Virus record (IMG/VR): IMGVR_UViG_3300047564_001096 | Location: 1 to 63,694 of that record | Origin: a virus | Taxonomy: Duplodnaviria; Caudoviricetes | Reading direction: 5' to 3' (one strand) | DNA: 63,694 bases | Shown: piece by piece, positions 8,744-17,476 of the stretch | Layout: each line of letters opens with the position of its first letter | Numbering within the stretch: position 1 is the first letter of the stretch | The notes under the pieces: model-generated | What the model was told of the DNA's origin: nothing | What the model saw: only the letters and a program-made list of their open reading frames with translations | Databases searched by the model: none | Made by a program: the position numbers and the translations under genes

Positions 8744-9721
8744 ATGGCTGAAATGCAAAAAGATGAGTTTAAATTCCCTGACGAAATAGAAGAAGATAAG
8801 GGTAAACCCGTAGATAAACTAGAAGAAGGCTCAATAAACGTTGAGATTGTTGACGACACTCCTGAAGAGGATCAAAACGTAAGACCTTTACCTAGTGACA
8901 TTAAAGACGACTTAGAAACTGCTGATTTGTCCGCAGAATACTCTAAAAACGTAAAGGATAAGTTTACACAATACAAAAAAGCTTGGCATGATGAGCGTAG
9001 AGCAAAAGAAGCAGCTATACGTGAACAACAAGAGGCGTTAACGGCAGCGCAAGCGATCTTGGATGAGAATAGGCGTTTAAAAGAGGTTCTGCAAAGTGGT
9101 GAAAAAGAACTAATTTCTAGCTACCAAACATCTGCTGAGTTAGAAGCGTCGCAAGCAAGAAAAGCCTATAAAGAAGCCTACGATTCTGGGGATTCTGATG
9201 CACTTGCAGAAGCTCAAGAAGAGATGATGCGGGCGCAACTTAAACTTGACAGAGCAAAAAATTTCAAACCTACTGTACAAATTGCTGAAAATGATGTAAA
9301 ACTACAAACTAAGCAGTCTCAGCAGCCTGCACAAATGGATGATAAAGTTGCTGAATGGGTGTCAAACAACCCCTGGTATGTTGATCCAGACAAGAAATCA
9401 ATGAGTAAGTACGCTGTATTTATTCATGAGGAACTTGAAGAAAAGTTTGGTAGAGCATTTATTGGTACGGATGAATATTTCAAACGTATTGATACAGAAG
9501 TAAAACGCAGATTCCCAGAGGAATTTGACGACATTGAAGTAAAAAACGAAGAGGAAGAAAAGCCTCAACGTACATCTAGGTTAAGTACGGTCGTAGCTCC
9601 TGCGAAGCGCAGTACATCTTCAAAAAAGATTGTACTAACCAAAACGCAAGTAGCTTTGGCTAAAAAATTCGGCCTAAGCCCAGAGCAGTATGCCCGTGAA
9701 CTTAATAAATTGGAGGCCTAA
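8744..9721 (+). CDS. Capsid scaffolding protein (putative)
   Basis: Acidic coiled-coil protein upstream of the capsid genes; C-terminal LTKTQVALAKKFGLSPEQYA helix-turn-helix. Confidence 0.75.
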   Translation: MAEMQKDEFKFPDEIEEDKGKPVDKLEEGSINVEIVDDTPEEDQNVRPLPSDIKDDLETADLSAEYSKNVKDKFTQYKKAWHDERRAKEAAIREQQEALTAAQAILDENRRLKEVLQSGEKELISSYQTSAELEASQARKAYKEAYDSGDSDALAEAQEEMMRAQLKLDRAKNFKPTVQIAENDVKLQTKQSQQPAQMDDKVAEWVSNNPWYVDPDKKSMSKYAVFIHEELEEKFGRAFIGTDEYFKRIDTEVKRRFPEEFDDIEVKNEEEEKPQRTSRLSTVVAPAKRSTSSKKIVLTKTQVALAKKFGLSPEQYARELNKLEA

Positions 9722-9723
9722 AA

Positions 9724-10176
9724 ATGGCAACAAACAGATTACAAAGAGAATTAGAAAGTCGTACCCAGTCAGAACGACCAAAGCAGTGGTCGCAACCTGA
9801 GCTTCTCCCTGAACCAGATAAGCAAGCTGGATATGCCTACAGATGGATTCGTATTTCAACGCTTAACACTTCCGATCCTCGCAACCTCTCAGCGAAGTTA
9901 AGAGAAGGGTGGGAACCTGTAAGAATTGAAGAACAACCCAAATTACAACTGTTAGCTGATCCCAATAGTCGTTTTAAAGACAACGTTGAGATTGGTGGAT
10001 TGTTACTTTGCAAAACTCCACTTGAGTTTGTTGACCAGCGTAATAAACATTACTCTGACCAAGCTGATGCTCAAATGAAGGCTGTAGAGAACACTCTTAT
10101 GCGCCAGAATGACCCTCGCATGCCTCTCTTCAATGAAGGGAAAGTTACGATAGGTTCTTTTGGTAAAGGTAATTAA
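9724..10176 (+). CDS. Conserved head-region hypothetical protein
   Basis: YRWIR...LREGWEPV...GGLLLCK motifs. Confidence 0.85.
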   Translation: MATNRLQRELESRTQSERPKQWSQPELLPEPDKQAGYAYRWIRISTLNTSDPRNLSAKLREGWEPVRIEEQPKLQLLADPNSRFKDNVEIGGLLLCKTPLEFVDQRNKHYSDQADAQMKAVENTLMRQNDPRMPLFNEGKVTIGSFGKGN

Positions 10177-10200
10177 TTTTTAATTTTTAGGAGATTTATT

Positions 10201-10827
10201 ATGGCTTATCCAAGCGTAACAGCTCCATACGGCTTAGTTCCGATCAACAGCGTAGATGGCAAACCCTACGCTGGTGCAACCCGTCAATTGCCAATTGCAA
10301 GTACTTATAACACTGCAATTTATAACGGGGATATCGTAGCTCTAGTCGATGGTGGCACTATTGCATTATCAGGCGTTACAAACGACTCTACAACTACCGC
10401 TGCTAATTACACTTATGGTGTATTTATGGGCGTTCAGTATGTAAATAGTCAAGGTCAAACCGTTCAAGCTCAGTACTACCCAGGTAATGCTGCTGCTACT
10501 TCGGCTGTGGCTTACGTTGTTGACGATCCTATGGCTGCTTTTAAAGTAGCTGTTGTATATGCAAATAGCGTTGTAACAACCGTTAACCAAAGCGCTGTAG
10601 GTATTAACATGGCAATTGACCAAGGTACAGGTAGTGCTACTACTGGTAATTCTGGTGCAGGCGTTCTTGTTCCTACCGATAACTTAGGTAATGCAGCAAC
10701 CTTGCCAGTTCGTGTTGTTTCTGTAGTTCCAGAAACTGCTACTGGTACCAACGCCTTCACTGAAGTAGTAGTGAAGTTGAACAATCCGCAGATCCTTCGC
10801 CCAACAGCGATCGATTACGCAGCCTAA
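10201..10827 (+). CDS. Capsid decoration/cement protein (putative)
   Basis: Ala/Thr/Val-rich beta protein directly before the major capsid gene; strong SD. Confidence 0.65.
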   Translation: MAYPSVTAPYGLVPINSVDGKPYAGATRQLPIASTYNTAIYNGDIVALVDGGTIALSGVTNDSTTTAANYTYGVFMGVQYVNSQGQTVQAQYYPGNAAATSAVAYVVDDPMAAFKVAVVYANSVVTTVNQSAVGINMAIDQGTGSATTGNSGAGVLVPTDNLGNAATLPVRVVSVVPETATGTNAFTEVVVKLNNPQILRPTAIDYAA

Positions 10828-10840
10828 TAGGAGCTAAATA

Positions 10841-11746
10841 ATGGCTATTTCACGCGCACAACTACTGAAAGAGTTGCTCCCTGGCTTGAACGCATTGTTC
10901 GGTTTAGAGTATGCTCGCTACGGCGAAGAGCACAAAGAGATCTATGAAACAGAGACCTCTGAGCGTTCTTTTGAAGAAGAGACCAAGTTGTCTGGCTTTA
11001 GTGCTGCCCCCGTCAAGAACGAGGGTTCACCAATTGCTTATGACAATGCACAAGAGGCATTTACTGCTCGCTATACCCACGTAACGATTGCTCAAGGTTT
11101 CTCCCTCACGGAAGAGGCAATTGAGGACAACTTGTATGACAGCCTATCTGGTCGTTATACCAAGGCGTTAGCTCGTTCCATGGCGTATACCAAGCAAGTT
11201 CGTGCTGCTTCTATATTAAATACTGGCTTTACCGCTGCTACTGGCGGTGATGGTCAGCCTTTATTTAGCACTGCACACCCACTGGTTTCTGGCGGTACTA
11301 ACAGCAACGAACCTGCTGTTCCAGCTGACCTTAACGAGACTTCTTTGGAAGCCGCCGTTATTCAAATCAGCTTGTGGACAGACGAGCGTGGACTGTTGAT
11401 CGCTTCTAAACCACGTAAGTTGATCGTTCCACCTGCACTACAGTTCGTTGCAACTCGTTTGCTAGAAACCGAACTCCGTGTTGGTACTAACGACAACGAC
11501 ATCAACGCATTGAAGAACAATGGTTCGATCCCAGAAGGTTACACAATTAACCACTATCTGACCGACACCAATGCATGGTTCTTGTGCACTGATGTACCTA
11601 ACGGCATGAAGCACTTTGTTCGTACACCACTCCAGAATTCTATGGACGGTGATTTCGACACAGGCAACGTACGTTATAAAGCACGTGAGCGTTACTCATT
11701 TGGATTCTCGGATCCATTGGGAATGTTCGGTTCCCCAGGCGCTTAA
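10841..11746 (+). CDS. Major capsid protein (Mu gpT-like family)
   Basis: MAISRAQLLKELLPGLNALFGLEY N-terminus; KLIVPPAL; KARERYSFG; terminator follows. Confidence 0.93.
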   Translation: MAISRAQLLKELLPGLNALFGLEYARYGEEHKEIYETETSERSFEEETKLSGFSAAPVKNEGSPIAYDNAQEAFTARYTHVTIAQGFSLTEEAIEDNLYDSLSGRYTKALARSMAYTKQVRAASILNTGFTAATGGDGQPLFSTAHPLVSGGTNSNEPAVPADLNETSLEAAVIQISLWTDERGLLIASKPRKLIVPPALQFVATRLLETELRVGTNDNDINALKNNGSIPEGYTINHYLTDTNAWFLCTDVPNGMKHFVRTPLQNSMDGDFDTGNVRYKARERYSFGFSDPLGMFGSPGA

Positions 11747-11768
11747 TCAGCACCTAAGTCGTACTAGA

Positions 11769-11794
11769 CCCCGCCTAAACAGCGGGGTTTTTTC
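11769..11794 (+). terminator. Terminator after the capsid gene
   Basis: ACCCCGC-CTAAACA-GCGGGGT followed by T-tract. Confidence 0.85.
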
Positions 11795-12355
11795 TTAGTT
11801 TGGTGGGATTTTTCCTAAAAATGTAACTACAAAAACTAATCTTCTTTCTCCGTAAGCACAAAATTTATGGGCGTGAGGATTACTCGAAAAAAATACAGCT
11901 TTATATTTGGTAGGAGTAATAATTTTTAATTCTGTTAATTTATCTTCACTAAAAAGTATAGTTTCTCCTGCTGTTACGTCATTTAAGTAAAGTAAAAAAT
12001 TATTGTGCTCAAACTCGTGGTCAGTATGCACTTCTGACATTGCTTGTTTTGAATGCTGCGTTGCATTAACTGCTGACCTAAGCACTGTATCAATTTCTAC
12101 TTTGTTGCTTTTTGCTATCTCAAAAAAGATATCTTCCATTGCTTGCATCACTCCAGAATTACTTTCTCCCTCAACTGGCAAACTACCGTCACCATGTCTT
12201 GATCTCAACACGTGGGCATACAACGAATCTTTAGCCTCTTCCAATGGGTTAAGAATTATTTCTTGAAAAAACCATGGGAAATGGCTTGACTCAATATACT
12301 TAAAAATTTGTTTTTGGCTTTCATTAGGTTGAAACAAAACTTCTAAAAAATTCAT
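11795..12355 (-). CDS. 2OG-Fe(II) oxygenase superfamily protein
   Basis: HTD...LLYLND...GET.LF...H...RLV motif (HxD..H..R). Confidence 0.8.
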   Translation of the reverse strand: MNFLEVLFQPNESQKQIFKYIESSHFPWFFQEIILNPLEEAKDSLYAHVLRSRHGDGSLPVEGESNSGVMQAMEDIFFEIAKSNKVEIDTVLRSAVNATQHSKQAMSEVHTDHEFEHNNFLLYLNDVTAGETILFSEDKLTELKIITPTKYKAVFFSSNPHAHKFCAYGERRLVFVVTFLGKIPPN

Positions 12356-12393
12356 GGCATTAGCTCCTTTTTTACATTCTAACTAAAAAGGGG

Positions 12394-12421
12394 TTGCACA
12401 AAGCTAAAATAGTAGTAAGAT
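12394..12421 (+). promoter_or_regulatory. Putative promoter TTGCAC-N16-TAAGAT
   Basis: Immediately upstream of the structured RNA candidate. Confidence 0.45.
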
Positions 12422-12428
12422 AGTGGAA

Positions 12429-12501
12429 ACTGGGTGAATGGTCTATCAAACTGCCCCAGCAGACGCATACACGATTGATAGGCTGAACTTTGTATGAAGG
12501 A
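12429..12501 (+). ncRNA. Pseudoknotted structured RNA, possibly the Mu-gpT-DE motif
   Basis: Three interleaved pairings: CTGGG/CCCAG, GTCTATCAA/TTGATAGGC, CATACA/TGTATG; downstream of a gpT-like capsid gene. Confidence 0.6.
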
Positions 12502-12510
12502 CAATTTATT

Positions 12511-13011
12511 ATGACTTTAGCAACTACCTCAGCCGTATGGCGCTCCACAGGTGGAGATCAAACCCGTACAGCAATCGCTGGCTCCATGCTTATGGTAGCC
12601 CCTTTTTATGTTGCAAATACTGCAGCAACCGCAAACGTAACTAATGTTTCTGGCGGATCAGCTTTAATTCTTCCTGCTAACGCAGTTGTGACTGAAGTTA
12701 TTGTTTCTAGCGGTGGCGGCGGTAATGCTACAGCTAACATAGGGTTTACCCCAATTATTGGTGTTGGTCCTGGTCAAACAACTACTACTGGTACAAACGT
12801 TCCTACTGGTTTTGTTTCTGCTGGTAACGTATCTGCTCGTACAGTATTTACTGTTGGCGGTACAGGCGGCGGCGCTTCTTTAGGTAACGTAGCTAACGCA
12901 ACTAACTTAGTTGTTGTAACTAACGCTCAAGGTGCGACTAACGCTATTGCTGGAGTTATTACTGGCGAAATAGTCTATTACGTAGCTGACACTGGCGCAG
13001 AAAACGTCTAA
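12511..13011 (+). CDS. Virion structural protein (start refined to ATG 12511)
   Basis: AAGGA SD; Gly/Ala/Thr/Val-rich. Confidence 0.8.
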   Translation: MTLATTSAVWRSTGGDQTRTAIAGSMLMVAPFYVANTAATANVTNVSGGSALILPANAVVTEVIVSSGGGGNATANIGFTPIIGVGPGQTTTTGTNVPTGFVSAGNVSARTVFTVGGTGGGASLGNVANATNLVVVTNAQGATNAIAGVITGEIVYYVADTGAENV

Positions 13012-13023
13012 TAGGAGGCTCTT

Positions 13024-13506
13024 ATGGGCATGCAATATGACGTAAAGTCAGAGCACTTAACAAGCTCTGGCGTAGCCGTAAGCTACAGAACTCGTCTTAA
13101 AGGGGCAGTATTGTCCCCTAGTAACGCTTCTGCCAAAAACACTATTTTTGCTAATAACGTAGCTCAAAATGGGACGTATGACATTCCAGGCAGCACTGTA
13201 TGTACGGTAACAATTACTAATCACGGTCTTGCCAATGGTGCTCGTATTTGGGCTGATTTTACTAGCGGCACTGCTGTGGATAACGTTTATGTTGTTGCTA
13301 ATGCTTCAGCCAATACATTTACCATAACAACTGCGTCTCTAACTACTAGTGGAAACGTAAGCGTCTATAGTGATGTGCTAATGGAAGTTGATTGTTTTAA
13401 CGCTGTATCGTTTAATGTCATTATTCCTGGCGAAGGTATTTTGGCTAATAATGGTATTTATGTAGGCGTTCCAGCAAACGTAAGTGCTACGGTGTTTTAT
13501 GGCTAA
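13024..13506 (+). CDS. Virion structural protein with inserted beta domain
   Basis: MQYDVK...IPGEGIL...VFYG termini; VTITNHGL insert. Confidence 0.8.
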   Translation: MGMQYDVKSEHLTSSGVAVSYRTRLKGAVLSPSNASAKNTIFANNVAQNGTYDIPGSTVCTVTITNHGLANGARIWADFTSGTAVDNVYVVANASANTFTITTASLTTSGNVSVYSDVLMEVDCFNAVSFNVIIPGEGILANNGIYVGVPANVSATVFYG

Positions 13507-13756
13507 GAAAAAAGGCCCCTCTCTAGCAATTGGTAGAGGCGAAAAGCTCCCTGTTTCTAAGGGGGCTGGTCTTACTGCCAAAGGTCGTGCTAAGTACAAT
13601 GCGGCTACAGGCTCTAATCTAAAGGCTCCGCAGCCTGAAGGCGGTCCTCGTAAGAAGTCGTTTTGTGCCCGTATGTCTGGTATGCCTGGTCCAATGAAAG
13701 ACGAAAAAGGCCGCCCAACTAGGAAAGCTGCCTCATTAGCGAGGTGGAAATGCTAA
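13499..13756 (+). CDS. Small basic protein
   Basis: GAGLTAKGRAKYN...RKKSFCARM...LARWKC. Confidence 0.8.
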   Translation: MAKKKGPSLAIGRGEKLPVSKGAGLTAKGRAKYNAATGSNLKAPQPEGGPRKKSFCARMSGMPGPMKDEKGRPTRKAASLARWKC

Positions 13757-13998
13757 ATATGATGGAGCTTTGGACAGGTGGGCTAACAATATTTGTAGCC
13801 CTTATTGGATATATCATGCACGAAAAGTTTAATGAACTTAGTCGTATTGGTATTTTGGTAAACAAAACAAGAGAAGAGGTAGCCCGTGATAACGTTACTA
13901 AAGCAGAAGTTGACAAAATTATGGAGCACATTGATTCAAGGTTTAACAAGCTTGAAAACAAAATTGACCAACTTATTCAGAAAGGGTTAACCCAATGA
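13750..13998 (+). CDS. Small protein with N-terminal TM helix and coiled coil
   Basis: Hydrophobic WTGGLTIFVALIGYIM segment and heptad repeat tail. Confidence 0.7.
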   Translation: MLNMMELWTGGLTIFVALIGYIMHEKFNELSRIGILVNKTREEVARDNVTKAEVDKIMEHIDSRFNKLENKIDQLIQKGLTQ

Positions 13999-14183
13999 AA
14001 CATTCAGATATGAAACAAGATATGCCAATGATGAAAAAAGTCGCTGGCGCAGCTGTTAAAGGCCACGAGAAGAAGATGCATGGTATGGCTGGTGGTGGCG
14101 TAACTCGTGCAGACGGTTGCGTATCCAAAGGACATACCAAAGGCAAAATGATTAAGATGATGGGCGGCGGTAAGGCTTGTTAA
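13995..14183 (+). CDS. Small basic protein (RADG/KGxTKG family)
   Basis: Coupled ORF with a motif shared by its neighbours. Confidence 0.75.
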   Translation: MKHSDMKQDMPMMKKVAGAAVKGHEKKMHGMAGGGVTRADGCVSKGHTKGKMIKMMGGGKAC

Positions 14184-14555
14184 ATGCCAATAGAGCCTAT
14201 TGACCCTTCTAAAAAGACTGGCGGTGACGGGCAGGAGAAATATCCAGCCAAGCCAAAGCATGGTCCTGGAAAGTTTGACGAAATTCTAGAGAAAGCTGAG
14301 AAGGCTCAAAAGGCTAGGGATGAAATAAGCAAAATAGCAGGAGAGCAAAAAACAAATGCTGAAGCTACGCGCTCACGTACCTATACCGAAAGACTTCAAG
14401 ATATGGGTAGATTACCTAGCGGTAGTAGTGGTAGCACTGGCATACCAAAGACTAACCGTGACCTAATGAGAAATAACAAAGCTGGCGGTATTATTCGTTC
14501 TTCCGCCTCTAAACGTGCAGACGGAATTGCAATTCGTGGAAAGACAAAGGCTTAA
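14184..14555 (+). CDS. Small protein (RADG/RGKTK family)
   Basis: C-terminal ASKRADGIAIRGKTKA. Confidence 0.8.
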   Translation: MPIEPIDPSKKTGGDGQEKYPAKPKHGPGKFDEILEKAEKAQKARDEISKIAGEQKTNAEATRSRTYTERLQDMGRLPSGSSGSTGIPKTNRDLMRNNKAGGIIRSSASKRADGIAIRGKTKA

Positions 14556-14557
14556 TT

Positions 14558-14740
14558 ATGATGGGTCTTATTGAACAATTAATGAAGCAAATACCTAAAG
14601 AAGATTTAAAGTCTGGCGGTAAATATAGAGACTATTCCGATGTGCAAAATAAAGCTAGAGGCATGAAAGCAGGCGGTACAGCCTCAGCCCGTGCTGACGG
14701 TTGTGCTATTAAAGGCAAGACTAAAGGCAAAATGGTATGA
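14558..14740 (+). CDS. Small basic protein (RADG/KGKTK family)
   Basis: C-terminal ASARADGCAIKGKTKGKMV. Confidence 0.75.
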   Translation: MMGLIEQLMKQIPKEDLKSGGKYRDYSDVQNKARGMKAGGTASARADGCAIKGKTKGKMV

Positions 14741-15024
14741 GATCAAGTCGTGGCATGGGCGCCATTAATCCTTCTAAGATGCCTAAAACAAAAAAGATTA
14801 CCCGTAAGGATAATCCCGATGTTGTTGATATGTATGCCGAAGGCGGTAAGACTTCTAGCGTTAATAAGGCTGGTAACTATACGAAGCCTGGTATGCGCAA
14901 GTCTTTATTTAATAGTATTAAAGCGTCTGCCACGCATGGTACGGGAGCGGGTCAATGGTCGGCTAGGAAAGCACAACTCTTAGCTAAAAAATACAAAGAA
15001 AAAGGTGGAGGTTATCGTGGCTAA
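14737..15024 (+). CDS. Small basic protein
   Basis: GQWSARKAQLLAKKYKEKGGGY. Confidence 0.8.
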   Translation: MRSSRGMGAINPSKMPKTKKITRKDNPDVVDMYAEGGKTSSVNKAGNYTKPGMRKSLFNSIKASATHGTGAGQWSARKAQLLAKKYKEKGGGYRG

Positions 15025-15298
15025 AAAGTTTCCTGACGTAAGCGGTGATGGCGAAGTAACGCAAAAAGATGTCCTTATGGCTAAAGGAGTAATACCTAAA
15101 GGTGATGGTAAGAAAAAGGGCGGTAAGGTTAATTGGATTCAAGACGCAATTAAAAAACCTGGTGCCCTAAAAGCATCTATGGGCGTTAAAAAAGGCGAGA
15201 AGATTCCCGCTAAGAAGCTTGCTGTAGCGGCTAAAAAGCCAGGTAAGATGGGGCAACGTGCAAGATTAGCGCAGACTTTGTCTAAGTTTAAAAAATGA
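15017..15298 (+). CDS. Small basic protein with EF-hand-like loop
   Basis: GGAGG SD and GTG start; DVSGDGEVTQKD; NWIQDAIKKPGAL. Confidence 0.8.
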   Translation: MAKKFPDVSGDGEVTQKDVLMAKGVIPKGDGKKKGGKVNWIQDAIKKPGALKASMGVKKGEKIPAKKLAVAAKKPGKMGQRARLAQTLSKFKK

Positions 15299-15639
15299 AA
15301 TGGTCAGACAAGCGCAAAAAGTCAATCAACTGCGACAGCCCGAAGGGGTTCTCGGAGAAGGCTCATTGCGCCAGCAAAAAGAAGATGGCAGGGGGTGGTT
15401 TAGCAAAATCCCAGCAATCTTTAAAATCTTGGGGCGACCAAGAGTGGACAACCAAGTCAGGGAAGAAGTCGTCCGAGACGGGGGAGCGATATCTACCCAA
15501 GAAAGCAATACAAGCGTTAAGCCCAAGCGAGTACGCAGCAACAACACGAGCAAAACGAGCAGGGAAAGCACAGGGAAAGCAGTTCGTGCCCCAGCCACCA
15601 AAAGTAAAAGCAAAAGTAAAACCGTATAGGAAGATATGA
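15295..15639 (+). CDS. Small basic protein
   Basis: ATGA-coupled at both ends; TGERYLPK motif. Confidence 0.8.
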   Translation: MKWSDKRKKSINCDSPKGFSEKAHCASKKKMAGGGLAKSQQSLKSWGDQEWTTKSGKKSSETGERYLPKKAIQALSPSEYAATTRAKRAGKAQGKQFVPQPPKVKAKVKPYRKI

Positions 15640-16577
15640 CTACTACAGGTATAACCACATTTAACTTGGACATGAATGACCTTGTTGAAGAGGCGTACGA
15701 GCGTTGTGGTTTAGAGCTTCGTTCTGGTTATGACTTTAGGACTGCACGGCGGTCTTTAAACCTATTGACAATCGAGTGGGCTAACCGAGGTATTAACCTT
15801 TGGACACTTGAGCAGGGTCAGATTCTAATGAACACGGGGCAGGCTATTTACCCTATTCCCGTAGATACGATTGACCTTTTAGATACTGTTGTTAGGACTA
15901 ATAACGGGCAAGCTAATAATCAGATTGACATTAATATTAGTCGTATTAGTGAGTCTACTTACATTACTATCCCTAATAAAAATGCTAACGGACGACCTAT
16001 CCAAGTATGGGTTAACCGTCAATCAGGAAATGTAGCTACCATTCCACAGACTACTGTAGCCGCTGGAAACCCTATTACTACTACCGATCAGACAACCATT
16101 ACTCTTACTTCAGTAACTGGTTTACCTACCCAGGGCTTTGTCAATATCGGTAATGAAACTATTGGCTATCAGAATATTGTAGGCAACCAGATTATCAATG
16201 CTTGGCGTGGTCAAAACGGTACTACCGCTACGACTCACTTAGCTGGCGCAGATGTTTATGTAAATAATTTACCGTGTATTAACGTTTGGCCCACCCCTAA
16301 CCCACCTGGAACCCAGTATACGTTTGTGTACTACAGAATGCGTCGAATTCAAGATGCTGGATCAGGCGTAAGAACTGAAGATATTCCGTTTCGTTTTATA
16401 CCCTGTATGGCTGCTGGGCTTGCTTATTATTTAAGCAACAAAATGCCTGAAGTGGATATGAATAGAATAGTTATGTTAAAAGCTGATTATGATTCGCAAT
16501 GGGACTTTGCTTCTTCAGAAGATAGGGAAAAAGCCCCTGTTCGGTTTGTGCCACGCAATATGTTTTACTACAGATAA
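15636..16577 (+). CDS. Head-tail connector/adaptor protein (putative)
   Basis: EEAYERCG...ARRSLNLL..EWANRG; inserted Thr-rich domain; synteny. Confidence 0.65.
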   Translation: MTTTGITTFNLDMNDLVEEAYERCGLELRSGYDFRTARRSLNLLTIEWANRGINLWTLEQGQILMNTGQAIYPIPVDTIDLLDTVVRTNNGQANNQIDINISRISESTYITIPNKNANGRPIQVWVNRQSGNVATIPQTTVAAGNPITTTDQTTITLTSVTGLPTQGFVNIGNETIGYQNIVGNQIINAWRGQNGTTATTHLAGADVYVNNLPCINVWPTPNPPGTQYTFVYYRMRRIQDAGSGVRTEDIPFRFIPCMAAGLAYYLSNKMPEVDMNRIVMLKADYDSQWDFASSEDREKAPVRFVPRNMFYYR

Positions 16578-16582
16578 ATGAC

Positions 16583-17008
16583 ATGCCAAGTAAATATGCT
16601 TCTGGAAAACATTCAATTGCGCAGTGCGATAGGTGCGACCAGCGGTACATGCTTAAAGAATTACAGATACAGATATTAAAGACAAAGCCGTATCAAGTTA
16701 AGGTTTGCCCGTCTTGTTGGGACCCAGATCAGCCTCAGTTGTCGTTAGGCTTGTATCCAGTAAATGATCCACAGGCGGTGCGGGAACCAAGACCAGACGT
16801 AAGTTATTTAGTATCAGGGCAAAGTGGTTTACAGATTAACCAGACGGGTATTGGTCCAAATGGGTTTGGTAGTCCAGAACTAGGTAGTAGGGTGTTTCAG
16901 TGGGGGTGGAATCCAGTCGGGGGCAGTAGGGGTCCTGATGCAGGTTTAACTCCAAATGACTTGGTACAACAAGTAATTCTTGGTACAGTAACGGTAACAA
17001 CAACTTAA
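16583..17008 (+). CDS. Hypothetical protein with CxxC...CxxC
   Basis: CDRC...CPSCWD. Confidence 0.8.
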   Translation: MPSKYASGKHSIAQCDRCDQRYMLKELQIQILKTKPYQVKVCPSCWDPDQPQLSLGLYPVNDPQAVREPRPDVSYLVSGQSGLQINQTGIGPNGFGSPELGSRVFQWGWNPVGGSRGPDAGLTPNDLVQQVILGTVTVTTT

Positions 17009-17018
17009 GGAGTTGAAA

Positions 17019-17213
17019 ATGTACAAAAAAGGCGCAGATGGCGTTACTAAAACGGGTAAAACCGAAGGTAAAAATTTAGGTGACTCTGGTCCATCAGTAG
17101 GTATTGAGAAGGGACCAAAGGCTAGCACAAGTTCTTTAAACAAGAACATGAAGTCTATGGGCAAAAATTTGGCTCGTATTATGAACCAAAAGAAATCAGG
17201 AAGAGGTCGATAA
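17019..17213 (+). CDS. Small basic protein
   Basis: AAGGAG SD; GADG..KTGKTEG motif. Confidence 0.75.
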   Translation: MYKKGADGVTKTGKTEGKNLGDSGPSVGIEKGPKASTSSLNKNMKSMGKNLARIMNQKKSGRGR

Positions 17214-17476
17214 TGGCTAAGTTTTCTATGAAAAAAGGCGGTAAGGAAGTAGGACCTGCTGAGGTTTATGCTGCACCGCACACAATGGATGGTAAGAAAA
17301 TAACTACAGTAAAGTCTGCTGTTACTAAACCAGGCAATGGTGTAGACCAGGTAAATATGTCTGTAGGCGGATATACCAAGAACAACGATCAACCAGTTAA
17401 CAAACATGGTGAGATGAAGCAACGTGGATCAGGCGCAGCAACTAAAGGCTTTACTTCACGTGGACCAATGGCATAA
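17213..17476 (+). CDS. Small basic protein
   Basis: C-terminal RGSGAATKG...GPMA. Confidence 0.8.
   Translation: MAKFSMKKGGKEVGPAEVYAAPHTMDGKKITTVKSAVTKPGNGVDQVNMSVGGYTKNNDQPVNKHGEMKQRGSGAATKGFTSRGPMA

Noticed and set aside
12429-12501. HDV-like/theta ribozyme assignment
   Set aside because: Only about 5 nt between the P2 5' strand and P1', too short for P3/L3
15300-15629. 109-aa alternate-frame ORF over 15295..15639
   Set aside because: No independent SD; the main frame is ATGA-coupled at both ends; cannot be supported without homolog data
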